41,997 nt of DNA from Desulfobulbus propionicus (GCA_020722285.1 DYLC01000002.1:1-41997), one strand, 5' to 3'. Shown: positions 25,020-34,304, counted from the stretch's first letter. The notes: generated by a model from the sequence alone, not told the origin. Program-made: numbers and translations.

Positions 25020-25280
25020 TTATTCTATAGTGCCTGTTTTATCAAGCATCTGTCGCAGTTTTTGTGAAAGCGCTGTGGCGCTGAAAGGCTTGTGCAGAAA
25101 ATCCACCCCTCCTTAAGCAATATTTTTGCCAAGTAATTCCTTTTCAGAAAAGTCGAAGAAATTGCTGCCATATTCATTCATAAAGAGGATGGTTCCATCC
25201 TTGCTCCAGAAAAGAACAATGCTGTTTACAGTTGATGTCCATTTGTGGTATTGTGCCCCTGAAACGAACTGGTTGTTTAA
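25020..25280 (-). pseudogene. remnant of a PAS/receiver signalling gene (PAS fragment joined to the last ~25 codons of a receiver domain, in-frame stop at the junction, no start codon)
   Basis: The minus-strand translation is LNNQFVSGAQYHKWTSTVNSIVLFWSKDGTILFMNEYGSNFFDFSEKELLGKNIA*GGVDFLHKPFSATALSQKLRQMLDKTGTIE*. It has a PAS-like DG.I...N pattern and a receiver alpha5 DFLxKPF pattern. Confidence 0.6.
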
Positions 25281-25396
25281 TCAATATGTTATTTTAATAT
25301 TATACCAGTTAATTACATTGTTGTCTAAAAGTTTATTCAGATTTCCTGCTCAAGCTTTTTTTCACAAAATTCCAATCTAAGGATAAGAGATAAAAT

Positions 25397-26968
25397 ATGA
25401 ACAGTTTCGATGAATTCGGACTTTCCGAAAACATGTTAATGGCTCTGCGTAAAAAAGGCTTTGAAGAGCCGTCGCCGATCCAGCAGAAGATTATTCCATT
25501 TCTGTTGACTGCAAAGAGAGATGTTCTTGCCCAGGCGCAGACAGGAACAGGTAAGACAGCGGCATTTGGTGTGCCTGTTATTGAACAGCTTGACGCCCAT
25601 GTCAGACATGTGAAGGCAGTGGTTCTGGTGCCCACTCGTGAACTTGCAATTCAGGTCTCAGAGGAGCTCAATAGCCTCAAAGGTGCGAAAAAGCTCCAGA
25701 TAGCCCCTGTTTATGGTGGTCAGGCCATGGATTTACAGCTCAGGCGGCTGAGGCAGGGTATTGATATAGTTGTGGGTACACCTGGCCGTACCCTTGACCA
25801 TCTGAAACGTGGCAGCCTTGTGATTGACAACATCAGTTTTATGATTCTCGACGAAGCGGATGAGATGTTGAATATGGGTTTTATTGAGGACATTGAGACG
25901 ATCCTGAAGTTTGCGCCTGCCCAGAGACAGACGCTTCTGTTTTCAGCCACAATGCCTGCTCAGGTACTTTCCATTGCCAAACGCTATATGGCCAAAGACT
26001 ATGAGATCATTTCAGACGAGCAGAAGCAGCAGACCACCAGCCTGACTGACCAGATTTATTTCGAGGTGCATGAACAGGACAAACTTGAGGCACTGTGCAG
26101 AATCATTGACATGGAGACTGATTTTTATGGGCTTATCTTCTGTCGCACTCGCACAGAGACAGACGATGTGGCGGCCCGTCTTGCAGCCAGGGGCTATGAC
26201 GTGGGTTCAATACATGGGGATATCAGCCAGGCACAACGTGAGAAAATTATGCGAAGCTTCAAAGAACGTGAGATCAGCGTCCTGGTTGCAACTGATGTGG
26301 CGGCTCGAGGCATTGATGTAAGTGCCTTGACCCATGTGGTTAATTTTGATCTTCCTCAGGACCCTGAATCCTACATTCATCGTATCGGGCGTACTGGCAG
26401 GGCAGGTAAGGAAGGCACTGCTATAACTTTTGTTACTCCAAGAGAGTCAAGGGCGCTCAGTTTTATTAAAAAGGTTTCTGGCGCTCCAATCAGAAAAGGA
26501 AGTATTCCACGTGTGAGCCAGATCATTGAGGCAAAGAAAGGCCGGATAAAAGATGAAATTGCGGAGGCTATTCAGGAACAGGATCTGAGTCTGTACAGTG
26601 AGATGGCTAATGAACTGCTCTCAAACAGCGATCCTGCAAGCGTAATAGCAGCTTTTCTGCATCTTTCCTTTGGGGAGGAGCTTAACTACGGCAGTTATCG
26701 CGAGCTGAAGCATATTGAGTCTGTGGACAACAAGGGGCGGACAAGGCTTTTTGTGGCCAAAGGTAAAAAAGATGGCCTGACTCCTAAAAAGATGGTTACA
26801 TTGATGCATGAACACAGCGGCGTCAAGGAGGCGTTGATCAAGGATGTTCAGATTTATGATGAATTTTCCTTTATCACAGTGCCGTTTGCCGAAGCAGAGA
26901 TCATCCTGAAGGCATTCCGGCAGAAAAGAGGACGTCCACTTATATCCAAGGCAAAGCCGACAAAATAA
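25397..26968 (+). CDS. deaD: DEAD-box ATP-dependent RNA helicase with DbpA-type C-terminal RNA-binding domain
   Basis: Q motif GFEEPSPIQ, AQTGTGKT, PTRELA, DEAD, SAT and HRIGRTGRAG. The C-terminal RLFVAKGKKDGLTPKKMV... is DbpA-like. Confidence 0.92.
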   Translation: MNSFDEFGLSENMLMALRKKGFEEPSPIQQKIIPFLLTAKRDVLAQAQTGTGKTAAFGVPVIEQLDAHVRHVKAVVLVPTRELAIQVSEELNSLKGAKKLQIAPVYGGQAMDLQLRRLRQGIDIVVGTPGRTLDHLKRGSLVIDNISFMILDEADEMLNMGFIEDIETILKFAPAQRQTLLFSATMPAQVLSIAKRYMAKDYEIISDEQKQQTTSLTDQIYFEVHEQDKLEALCRIIDMETDFYGLIFCRTRTETDDVAARLAARGYDVGSIHGDISQAQREKIMRSFKEREISVLVATDVAARGIDVSALTHVVNFDLPQDPESYIHRIGRTGRAGKEGTAITFVTPRESRALSFIKKVSGAPIRKGSIPRVSQIIEAKKGRIKDEIAEAIQEQDLSLYSEMANELLSNSDPASVIAAFLHLSFGEELNYGSYRELKHIESVDNKGRTRLFVAKGKKDGLTPKKMVTLMHEHSGVKEALIKDVQIYDEFSFITVPFAEAEIILKAFRQKRGRPLISKAKPTK

Positions 26969-27086
26969 AGGGAATTTTCAGAAATTATTAGAATTTTTGT
27001 TTGATGCAGTCATGCCCACCCTGCTTAACAGCAGGGTTAGGAAAGTTGACGCTTGCGGGCAAAATAGCAATTTCTGGAATTTTCTT
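26969..27086 (-). repeat. short MITE-like relative (118 bp) sharing TIR-like ends and a ~70-nt module, inverted, with the left part of copy D
   Basis: AGGGAATTTTCAGAAATT...AATTTCTGGAATTTTCTT. The internal CATGCCCACCCTGCTTAACAGCAGGGTTAGGAAAG is the reverse complement match of CTTTCCTAACCCTGCGAAGCAGGGTGGGCATG at 27705-27736. It starts immediately after the helicase (deaD) stop codon TAA. Confidence 0.75.
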
Positions 27087-27163
27087 GAAGAGGATTTCAC
27101 AGGTGGGTTGTAATCTCGATTTTTACAGGCTATATTTCCTAAAAAATCAAGAAAGGACTTTTT

Positions 27164-27646
27164 ATGGCAGAAAATACAGACAATGCCCCACAGGAGGGTG
27201 CTAATCAGCCTGTTTTCAAGATGCTCAAGCTTTTTGTAAAGGACATGTCCTTTGAAAGCCCAAGCGCCCCTGGAATTTTTTTAAAGCAGGAGCTTGCCCC
27301 CCGTTTTGAGATCAACATGGGGCTTGGCAACAAGCCACTTGGCAACGATACCTACGAGGTTGGTTTGACTTTTAACATCACCCTCAAGTCTGAAAAGGAA
27401 GACAAGCCTGTCTTCATCATTGAACTGGAACACTCGGGAGTATTTTTGCTGCAAAACATCCCTGCTGAGTACATTCAGCGTATCCTCGCAGTGGATTGTC
27501 CGACCTATATGTTTCCGTTTACCAGACAGCTTGTGTGTCAGACCACCATTGATGGGGGATTTCCTCCATTTCTCATGGAGCCGATCAATTTTCTCGGAAC
27601 CTATGAGAAAGCCATGCAGGAGAGACAGAAGCAGACTGCTTCTTAA
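27164..27646 (+). CDS. secB: protein-export chaperone SecB
   Basis: 160 aa with FKMLKLFVKDMSFESPSAP, CP.YMFPF.RQ.V and an acidic/Gln-rich C-terminus. Confidence 0.92.
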   Translation: MAENTDNAPQEGANQPVFKMLKLFVKDMSFESPSAPGIFLKQELAPRFEINMGLGNKPLGNDTYEVGLTFNITLKSEKEDKPVFIIELEHSGVFLLQNIPAEYIQRILAVDCPTYMFPFTRQLVCQTTIDGGFPPFLMEPINFLGTYEKAMQERQKQTAS

Positions 27647-27662
27647 CCAATCGAAAAATCAT

Positions 27663-27896
27663 AGAGAGGTTTTCAAAATTGCTATTTCGCTCGTAAGCTT
27701 TAGCTTTCCTAACCCTGCGAAGCAGGGTGGGCATGGCTGTGTTGCTTGTCGGTGAAAAATGCTCACATACAGGGAGCAATGCTGCGCTATTGTCCTGCGC
27801 CTTGCAATAAAAGGCAAGGCTTGGAAAGCTAAAGCTTGCCGCCGCCTTGTGCCTTCCTTGCCCTTGCACGAATTTTTTAATTTTTGGAACCTCCCT
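27663..27896 (+). mobile_element. MITE-like repeat, copy D (rearranged/composite variant, ~234 bp)
   Basis: Ends are AGAGAGGTTTTCAAAATTGC and TTTTTAATTTTTGGAACCTCCCT. It contains the core AATGCTCACATACAGGGAGCAATGCTGCGC. The TTATTGCAAGG module is inverted and lies downstream (GCGCCTTGCAATAAAAGGCAAGGCTTGG). An extra CCCTGCGAAGCAGGG hairpin module is present. Confidence 0.8.
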
Positions 27897-27900
27897 ATAG

Positions 27901-27940
27901 AAAAAAACGCCCTGTTGCATCGTCAATTGGGCGTTTTTTT
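27901..27940 (+). terminator. candidate rho-independent terminator downstream of secB and copy D
   Basis: AAAAAAACGCCC...GGGCGTTTTTTT: a 5-6 bp GC stem (27908-27912 with 27929-33) and a 7-T run. The 16-nt loop is long, so confidence is moderate. Confidence 0.55.
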
Positions 27941-28074
27941 GTGTTCATTTCATTTGCCTATCAAATCATTTACACATCAAGTCAATGGATTTTCCGCATT
28001 TTAGTGTTGGGCAGACGGGGCCTGCGTTTTATATTTCTTTCGACAATTTTTCATTTTTTAAAGGATGCAATTTC

Positions 28075-31000
28075 ATGTTTCATAACAACGAATCTGTAAA
28101 AGACACCTGCAAAAGGCTTGAGCAGGATGCCTGCGCCATTATAGCCTTTGTTGACAAAAAGGCTGAGTACACCCACTCCAATATTGTAAAGACAGTTGAT
28201 GCGCTGCAAAAAATGGCGCATCGTTCCGGGGATATGGATGGAGAGGGCGATGGCTGTGGAGTGATGATTGATCTGCCAAGAAAGATATGGGCGAAGAGGC
28301 TTGCCGAGGCAGGATTGAAAGAACAGCTTTCCGAAGGTCGCAGCTTCTGTGTAGGTCATTTTTTTATACTCAATGAGTCAAAAGGTGAAAAAGAGGCGAT
28401 ATGTGAGCAGGCGCGAGGGCTTTTGCGTGCTGCCGGACTGGAAATACTTTGCGAGCAGATAGGCAACACAAGAGACTGTGAGCTTGGCAAAAGGGCTCAG
28501 AAAAACGCCCCACTTTTTTGGCAGGTGGCGGGCATTGCCCATGGAAGTGACGGCTCTGAGATAAATAAACGGCTTTTTAGCTGCCAGATGGAGATGGGGC
28601 AAAAACTTCCTGGTCTGCATGTGCTCTCCCTTGGGCTTGACACTGTAAATTACGTTATCAGGGGCTTTCCAAGCCTTCTTTTCAGGGTTTACCCAGAGCT
28701 ATCAGACCCTCTTGCCAGGTCAATGGCGACGCTTGGTCACAGTCGGTACTCCACCAACACTCTGCCCACTGTAGAGCGTGCCCAGCCATTCGGTGTGCTT
28801 GGTCACAATGGCGAGATCAATACCATTGAAAGACTGAGAAGCAGCGCGGCAAATCTTGGCATTTCAAGCGTTCCTGGTGGCAGCGATTCCCAGGATATGA
28901 ACCGTCTTATAGAAGGGCTTGTTAATCTCTACGGCCTTGAGCTTACAGAGGCTATGGAGATGGTCTTTCCCCCCATTTATTCAGAGATAAACCTTTATGA
29001 AGAGGAATTGCGGGAACTATACGGTTTTTACAGGTGGTTTTTCCCTGCTTCTGCCCAAGGGCCTGCCGCAGTAATAGCGAGGCATGGCAACATAACTGTA
29101 GGAAGCGTGGATGCCTTGGGTCTGAGGCCTTTGTGGTTTGGAGAAAACGATTATCACTATTTTTTATCCTCTGAAAAAGGCGTGGTAGAGCCTACACAGC
29201 TTCTTTCTGACCCTGTGCCTCTTGCCCCAGGTGAAAAAATAGCGCTTATCTCTTTTGCAGGCAAAGGCAGTGAGGTGCTTGGCTATGACCAGTATCAGAG
29301 ACGGCTTTTGACCTTGATGCAGAGAAAAATGAGCTCCAATAAGGGCGCATGGCCATGCAATCCTGTAAAATTGGAGGTTTCTCAGTCCGTTGCTGCCTGT
29401 ACGCCTTTTCCTGATAGGTTTGATTCTTTCCTGTCACAGGCTATGGACATGGCCACGCTATCCGGTTTTGGCTGGCACGGCTATGACTATGATACAACGG
29501 TAAAAAATGCTGTTGAGGGAAAGGACGTGATAGGCTCCATGGGACACCAAGGCCCGCTTGCATCGCTCATGCCTGCCCATGCCCTTGCCAATGTATCTGA
29601 TTATTTCAAGGAAGAGGTGGCTGTGGTCACTAACCCTGCTATTGACAGGCAGAGAGAGGCTGAGCATTTCAGCACACATGTTTTGCTTGGGGCCAAGGCA
29701 GATATGGACGAGTCAGGCAGGTACACCAGGATTGTTCTTGAGCATCCATTGCTGATCTCAGAAAAGCTTCTGGGGAAATTCTGTTTAGCAGAATCAGCAG
29801 GTGAGTTAACAGAGCTTCTGGATAGCGCTGCATCCCTTGAGCAGATAATTGCTCTTTTTACCCAGAATGGCGTATGTTCAGATAAGGTCTATTTCCTCGA
29901 CGCCACAATAAGGCCTGTGTCTGATGGCGCATCCGGCCTGAAGGCCATAACAAAGCAAATATGTGATGCTGCCTGTCATGCTGTAGAGGCAGGCGCAGCG
30001 TTGATTGTAGCGGACGATCTTTCAAGCTTTAAGGAAGGCAAGGTTTTTATTGACCCTGCTGTTTTGGTGGCGAGCCTTGTCAGGGCTCTTGAGCACAAAG
30101 GTCTGCGCAGAAGATGCGGGATAGTCCTTGCTTCAGGGGCTTTGCGGAATCTGCATGATATAATGTTTATGCTTGGCATGGGAGCAGATGCTGTTCTGCC
30201 CTATGCCATCTGGAATGTGGCATGCAAGGAGGCCAAAGAAGGGCTTTCTATTGCGCAGCTCATCAGAAACACCATGAATGTGCTCAGGGTTGGTATTGAA
30301 AAGGTGGTTTCAACAATGGGTATTCACGAATTGTGCGGATATGGCCGGATCTTTGCCGCCATTGGACTTGATATGGAGTTCGCCTTACTGTTCGGCACAA
30401 GAAGTTTTTGCGTTGCTGATGATACAGGTCTTGGCTATAAACGGCTTGAAGAAACAGCGCTGCTAAGACTGGAGCGCGCAGAAGACCGCAGCAATGAGGC
30501 CATTTATCGTGACGAACCCAAAAATCCAAAGGTTGGCAGGACGCTTCGATCTGTTGCCACTGGAGAGACGGGCTTTTTTGAAATGGCGAGGGTCATTGAA
30601 AAAATCTACAAAGACACCCCCGTGGCCATAAGGCATGTGCTTGGCCTGAAAAAGTCTGAAGCAGGCCGCAGGCTGCCGGCAATATCTGTGGACATTTCCA
30701 TAGCAGATCATTCAATGCCAATCTTTATCTCAGCCATGTCTTTTGGTTCACAGGGTGAAAATTCCTTCAGGGCCTATGCTGAAGCTGCAAAGCGGGCAAA
30801 CATCATATGCATCAATGGCGAAGGCGGGGAGCTGCCTGACATGCTTGGCAAATATCGCAGGAACAGGGGACAGCAGATCGCATCAGGCAGGTTCGGTGTG
30901 TCTATAGGTTTTTTGAATTCTGCTGATTTCCTTGAGATCAAGATAGGGCAGGGCGCCAAGCCGGGTGAGGGTGGACACCTGCCTGGGGCAAAGGTTTCCC

Positions 31001-32655
31001 CTATGGTTGCCCAGGCAAGGCACTGCAAGCCTGGTATATCTCTCATCTCTCCATCAAACCAGCATGATATTTACTCCATTGAAGATTTGGCGCAGATTGT
31101 GACTGAACTCAAGACTGCAAACCCTTTTGCCAGGGTTTCTGTGAAGATACCTGTCACAGGAAATGTTGGCACGATTGCAGTGGGCATTGCCAAGGCCGGG
31201 GCTGATATCGTTAACTTGAGCGGTTTTGAGGGTGGCACAGGCGCTGCCCGTGAACACGCCAAGAAGTATGTGGGTATGCCTGTGGAGATCGGGGTAAGTG
31301 AAGCGCATCGAGCTCTGGTGGAAAGCGGGCTTCGGGACAGGGTGGAGATTTGGTGCGATGGAGGGCTTCGTTCCGGGCTGGATGTGATCAAGATGATCCT
31401 GCTTGGTGCAAACAGGGTAGGGTTTGGAACTGTCGCTCTTATGGGTGTTGGCTGTATAAGTTGTCAGAAATGCCATCTGGATCGCTGTCCAAAGGGGATT
31501 TCAACACAGATGCGCACAAAGGAAGATGCAGCAGCCAGGGATGTGAAGGGATTTGTACCAAGAAATGTGGACACAGCATCTGAAAACCTTACGAGACTCC
31601 TGCTTGCCATTGGAGATGAGATCCGGATGCATGTGTCTGAGATGGGTTTTGAAAGGCTTCAGGACATGGTGGGCAGGACAGACCTGCTTGTTCAGGAGGC
31701 AGCGCGTGATGTGATAGATGTCGGCTCTCTGCTCACCCCTCCGGTTTGTGATGCAACAAAGGCTGTGGCTGCGCCTTTCAGGGTGGTGAGAAGGCCTCTC
31801 AGCCACCTTACGAGATTAGTTTCTGACTTGACAATGCAGGCAATCACAGAAGGCGCTCAGCATGTCATGTATCTGGATGAAGGCATAAAAAGTACTGACA
31901 GGGCTGTAGGCACATATCTCGCGGGAAGTCTTGCGCGCTACGCAGGCCAGGTTGCTGATTTGGATGTAAAGCTTAAGCTTCAGTCTTCCATACCTGGAAA
32001 CGGTCTGTGCGCTTTTAATACCAGAGGGCTTAATCTGATTGTGGAAGGAGGCGCTCAGGATGGAGCTGCCAAGGGAAGTTATGGTGGCAGTCTTGTGATA
32101 TTGAAGGGCGTTAATGCCTGTGGAAGGCGTGTGGACGGGTCTGCGGGCAAAAGCTTTGCTTATGGAGCCATTGAAGGCAGGTTTGTGGTGCAAAGCTATG
32201 CTGATTCAAGGGCGTGTGTCCGCATGTCTGGAGCTGATGTTATTTTTGGCGCGAGGATCACGGCGCCAGTAAACGATACAACCGCGAGGTGCGCCATGAA
32301 TGCACATCTGAAGGGTTTTGCGTTTGAGTATATGACAGGAGGCAGGGCTGTGGTACTTGGAGACCCAGGGCCGTGGATATGCGCTGGAATGACAGGCGGC
32401 ATCGTGTATCAGTGCCTTTATCCTGAATTTGGTTTTACTGTTGAATCAGTGGCAAAACGTCTTGCAAAAGGCGCTGACGTGTCTATAAACAAGCCTGATG
32501 CAAAAGGGGTGGCTGATCTTGAGGAATTGCTCGGTTTTTATATTGAGAAGCTCTCGGAAAGCTTGCAGGATGATGAGGCTGTGGCAGTAAGGGCAATTCT
32601 TGATGATGCTGCCAGCCGCTTTGTGATGATAGCGCCGGGGCGTAAAGATGCTTAG
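28075..32655 (+). CDS. gltB: glutamate synthase large subunit (amidotransferase, central, FMN and GXGXG domains fused)
   Basis: ATG 28075 follows AAAGGA. Candidate Ntn Cys in ...EQDA|CAIIAF after a short propeptide. HSRYSTNT, FMN domain GEGGE...GAKPGEGG.LPG, 3Fe-4S Cys cluster region, and C-terminal GXGXG-type repeats. Confidence 0.93.
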   Translation: MFHNNESVKDTCKRLEQDACAIIAFVDKKAEYTHSNIVKTVDALQKMAHRSGDMDGEGDGCGVMIDLPRKIWAKRLAEAGLKEQLSEGRSFCVGHFFILNESKGEKEAICEQARGLLRAAGLEILCEQIGNTRDCELGKRAQKNAPLFWQVAGIAHGSDGSEINKRLFSCQMEMGQKLPGLHVLSLGLDTVNYVIRGFPSLLFRVYPELSDPLARSMATLGHSRYSTNTLPTVERAQPFGVLGHNGEINTIERLRSSAANLGISSVPGGSDSQDMNRLIEGLVNLYGLELTEAMEMVFPPIYSEINLYEEELRELYGFYRWFFPASAQGPAAVIARHGNITVGSVDALGLRPLWFGENDYHYFLSSEKGVVEPTQLLSDPVPLAPGEKIALISFAGKGSEVLGYDQYQRRLLTLMQRKMSSNKGAWPCNPVKLEVSQSVAACTPFPDRFDSFLSQAMDMATLSGFGWHGYDYDTTVKNAVEGKDVIGSMGHQGPLASLMPAHALANVSDYFKEEVAVVTNPAIDRQREAEHFSTHVLLGAKADMDESGRYTRIVLEHPLLISEKLLGKFCLAESAGELTELLDSAASLEQIIALFTQNGVCSDKVYFLDATIRPVSDGASGLKAITKQICDAACHAVEAGAALIVADDLSSFKEGKVFIDPAVLVASLVRALEHKGLRRRCGIVLASGALRNLHDIMFMLGMGADAVLPYAIWNVACKEAKEGLSIAQLIRNTMNVLRVGIEKVVSTMGIHELCGYGRIFAAIGLDMEFALLFGTRSFCVADDTGLGYKRLEETALLRLERAEDRSNEAIYRDEPKNPKVGRTLRSVATGETGFFEMARVIEKIYKDTPVAIRHVLGLKKSEAGRRLPAISVDISIADHSMPIFISAMSFGSQGENSFRAYAEAAKRANIICINGEGGELPDMLGKYRRNRGQQIASGRFGVSIGFLNSADFLEIKIGQGAKPGEGGHLPGAKVSPMVAQARHCKPGISLISPSNQHDIYSIEDLAQIVTELKTANPFARVSVKIPVTGNVGTIAVGIAKAGADIVNLSGFEGGTGAAREHAKKYVGMPVEIGVSEAHRALVESGLRDRVEIWCDGGLRSGLDVIKMILLGANRVGFGTVALMGVGCISCQKCHLDRCPKGISTQMRTKEDAAARDVKGFVPRNVDTASENLTRLLLAIGDEIRMHVSEMGFERLQDMVGRTDLLVQEAARDVIDVGSLLTPPVCDATKAVAAPFRVVRRPLSHLTRLVSDLTMQAITEGAQHVMYLDEGIKSTDRAVGTYLAGSLARYAGQVADLDVKLKLQSSIPGNGLCAFNTRGLNLIVEGGAQDGAAKGSYGGSLVILKGVNACGRRVDGSAGKSFAYGAIEGRFVVQSYADSRACVRMSGADVIFGARITAPVNDTTARCAMNAHLKGFAFEYMTGGRAVVLGDPGPWICAGMTGGIVYQCLYPEFGFTVESVAKRLAKGADVSINKPDAKGVADLEELLGFYIEKLSESLQDDEAVAVRAILDDAASRFVMIAPGRKDA

Positions 32656-32769
32656 GTAGCTATGAGGAATTAGAAAAAACTGGGGCTATGTCGTTTGGCA
32701 AGGAGGCTGTTGCGACTGATTTTAGTGCTCTTTGTGTCTGTCAGTTAATCCAGAATAGAGGTGAAAATT

Positions 32770-33226
32770 ATGCAACAGTATTTCAGGTTGGGGTTTTTTT
32801 GGGCTTTTTTGGGCTGTTTTCTGCCAGCTATGGTGGATGCAGCCTCTTTTCCAGAGGTTTGCTTTATCCTTGATGCATCAGGCAGTATGCAGGCAATGGT
32901 CGGAGGCAAGACAAGAATGGAGGCTGCCAAGGATGTAATGTCGCAGATCGTGCCTGGTCTGGCGCCAGAGGTCAAAGTGGGTCTGGTGGCGTATGGCCAC
33001 CGCCGCAACTGTCGCTAAGGATGGAGGACAGGTTGCAGCAGTCAAGCCGTTGCTTCAGGCAAGGCCGCGTTATGGTAGTAACGATGCCCTCTGGGCCCCT
33101 TATCTGGTGCCCCCGGGCAAATACAGGCTGAATGTCATTGTCAAAGGAATGCCTGAGCCGTTAACAGTGGCCGATACTCTTGAGATTCAGCCGGGCCAGT
33201 TGCTGGTTTTTGATTCAGGTCTGTAG
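32770..33226 (+). pseudogene. von Willebrand factor A domain gene with large internal deletion and frameshift
   Basis: Frame 1 has a signal peptide and the MIDAS start FILDASGSM...VGLVAYGHRR, then a stop at 33016-33018. Frame 2 (from about 33006) continues with a C-terminal beta-domain-like ...TVAKDGGQVAAV...PPGKYRLNVIVKG...IQPGQLLVFD. Only ~150 codons remain of a normally much larger protein. Confidence 0.65.
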
Positions 33227-33273
33227 TTTACGGCTTATGTAGCCTTTAGATGTGATAAAAGAGGGTATTATAT

Positions 33274-33305
33274 TTTTTGGAACCACCCTTCAGGGAAGTT
33301 CCGGA
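33274..33305. repeat. abutted (inside-out) MITE ends: right-end-like TTTTTTGGAACCACCCTT, 1 nt, left-end AGGGAAGTTCCGGA
   Basis: Direct reading. Both halves match the termini of copies A and C, with no element body between them. Confidence 0.7.
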
Positions 33306-33314
33306 CGGTAATTC

Positions 33315-34295
33315 ATGAAAAAAAAACAGACAACAAATTCACATGTCAGTATTGCCCTGCTTTGCGGCGGCGTTTCATCCGAAAGAGATGTCTCGCTTTT
33401 AGGGGCAAGGGTTGTAAAAGAGTCTTTTGATCCTGCCCGTTACAAGATTACAGTGTACGACACTGCCACTGACCTGCCAAGGCTATGCCAGGATGCAGCC
33501 AATATTGACGTAGCCTTTATTCTGCTGCATGGCAAGGGTGGCGAGGACGGTTCCATTCAGGGTCTGCTTGATCTTCTCAAAATACCTTATCAGGGCGCTG
33601 GGGTTACAGGCAGCGCAGTTGCAATGGATAAACACCTGAGCAAGGTCATCTACCGTCATGCAGGCATCCCAACTGCTGACTGGGTGTATGTCACCCATGA
33701 TGAGCCTGTGTCGCCTGATGCTGTGGTGAAAAGGCTTGGGCTTCCACTCATGGTTAAGCCTGCATCTCAGGGGTCAAGCGTGGGCATGAGCAAGGTGGCT
33801 GATGTTTCTGAGCTGGAGGCGGCTGTGTCAAAGGCGCTTGCTTGCGATTCAGCCTGTTTGATAGAGCCATTTCTGGAAGGCAGAGAGCTGACAGGGGGGG
33901 TGCTTGGGCTTGACGAATTGAAGACGCTTCCTATCGTGGAGATATGTCCCGCGGAAAAATACACATTTTTTGATTATGAAGCCAAATATCAGCCAGGAGC
34001 AACTAAGGAGATATGTCCTGCACAGATCACGGCGGAACAGGCCATTGCTGCACAGCAGTTGGCTTCTATGGCTCACAAAGCCCTTGGGCTGTCTGGCTAC
34101 AGCCGCACAGATATAATTCTTGCAAAGGATGGCTCAATGTATGTGCTTGAGACTAATACAATCCCTGGCATGACCCCTACGAGCCTTTTTCCACAGGCCG
34201 CCGCCGCCGCCGGTATCAATTTTAGTCAGCTTCTGGAAATGCTTGTGCAGATGGCGCTGAAGCGTTTTTCCAGAGAGTCTGAGTTAGCGGCTTAA
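33315..34295 (+). CDS. ddl: D-alanine--D-alanine ligase
   Basis: IALLCGGVSSERDVSL, HGKGGEDGSIQGLLD, the ATP-grasp region and LETNTIPGMT. Confidence 0.95.
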   Translation: MKKKQTTNSHVSIALLCGGVSSERDVSLLGARVVKESFDPARYKITVYDTATDLPRLCQDAANIDVAFILLHGKGGEDGSIQGLLDLLKIPYQGAGVTGSAVAMDKHLSKVIYRHAGIPTADWVYVTHDEPVSPDAVVKRLGLPLMVKPASQGSSVGMSKVADVSELEAAVSKALACDSACLIEPFLEGRELTGGVLGLDELKTLPIVEICPAEKYTFFDYEAKYQPGATKEICPAQITAEQAIAAQQLASMAHKALGLSGYSRTDIILAKDGSMYVLETNTIPGMTPTSLFPQAAAAAGINFSQLLEMLVQMALKRFSRESELAA

Positions 34296-34304
34296 TGTGA
34301 GAAC

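Noticed and set aside
27985-28074. The 30-codon N-terminal extension of gltB (track start at 27985).
   Set aside because: The extension is low-complexity and has no RBS. The ATG at 28075 follows AAAGGA and leaves a short propeptide before the candidate Ntn cysteine.
28051-32402. Many 60-140-aa ORFs antisense or out of frame inside gltB. Similar ORFs lie inside lepA, mrcA, prs, the MCP and the secretin.
   Set aside because: They are nested in long, strongly supported genes and have low-complexity or Arg/Pro/Ser-rich translations typical of GC-rich off-frames. None carries a motif.
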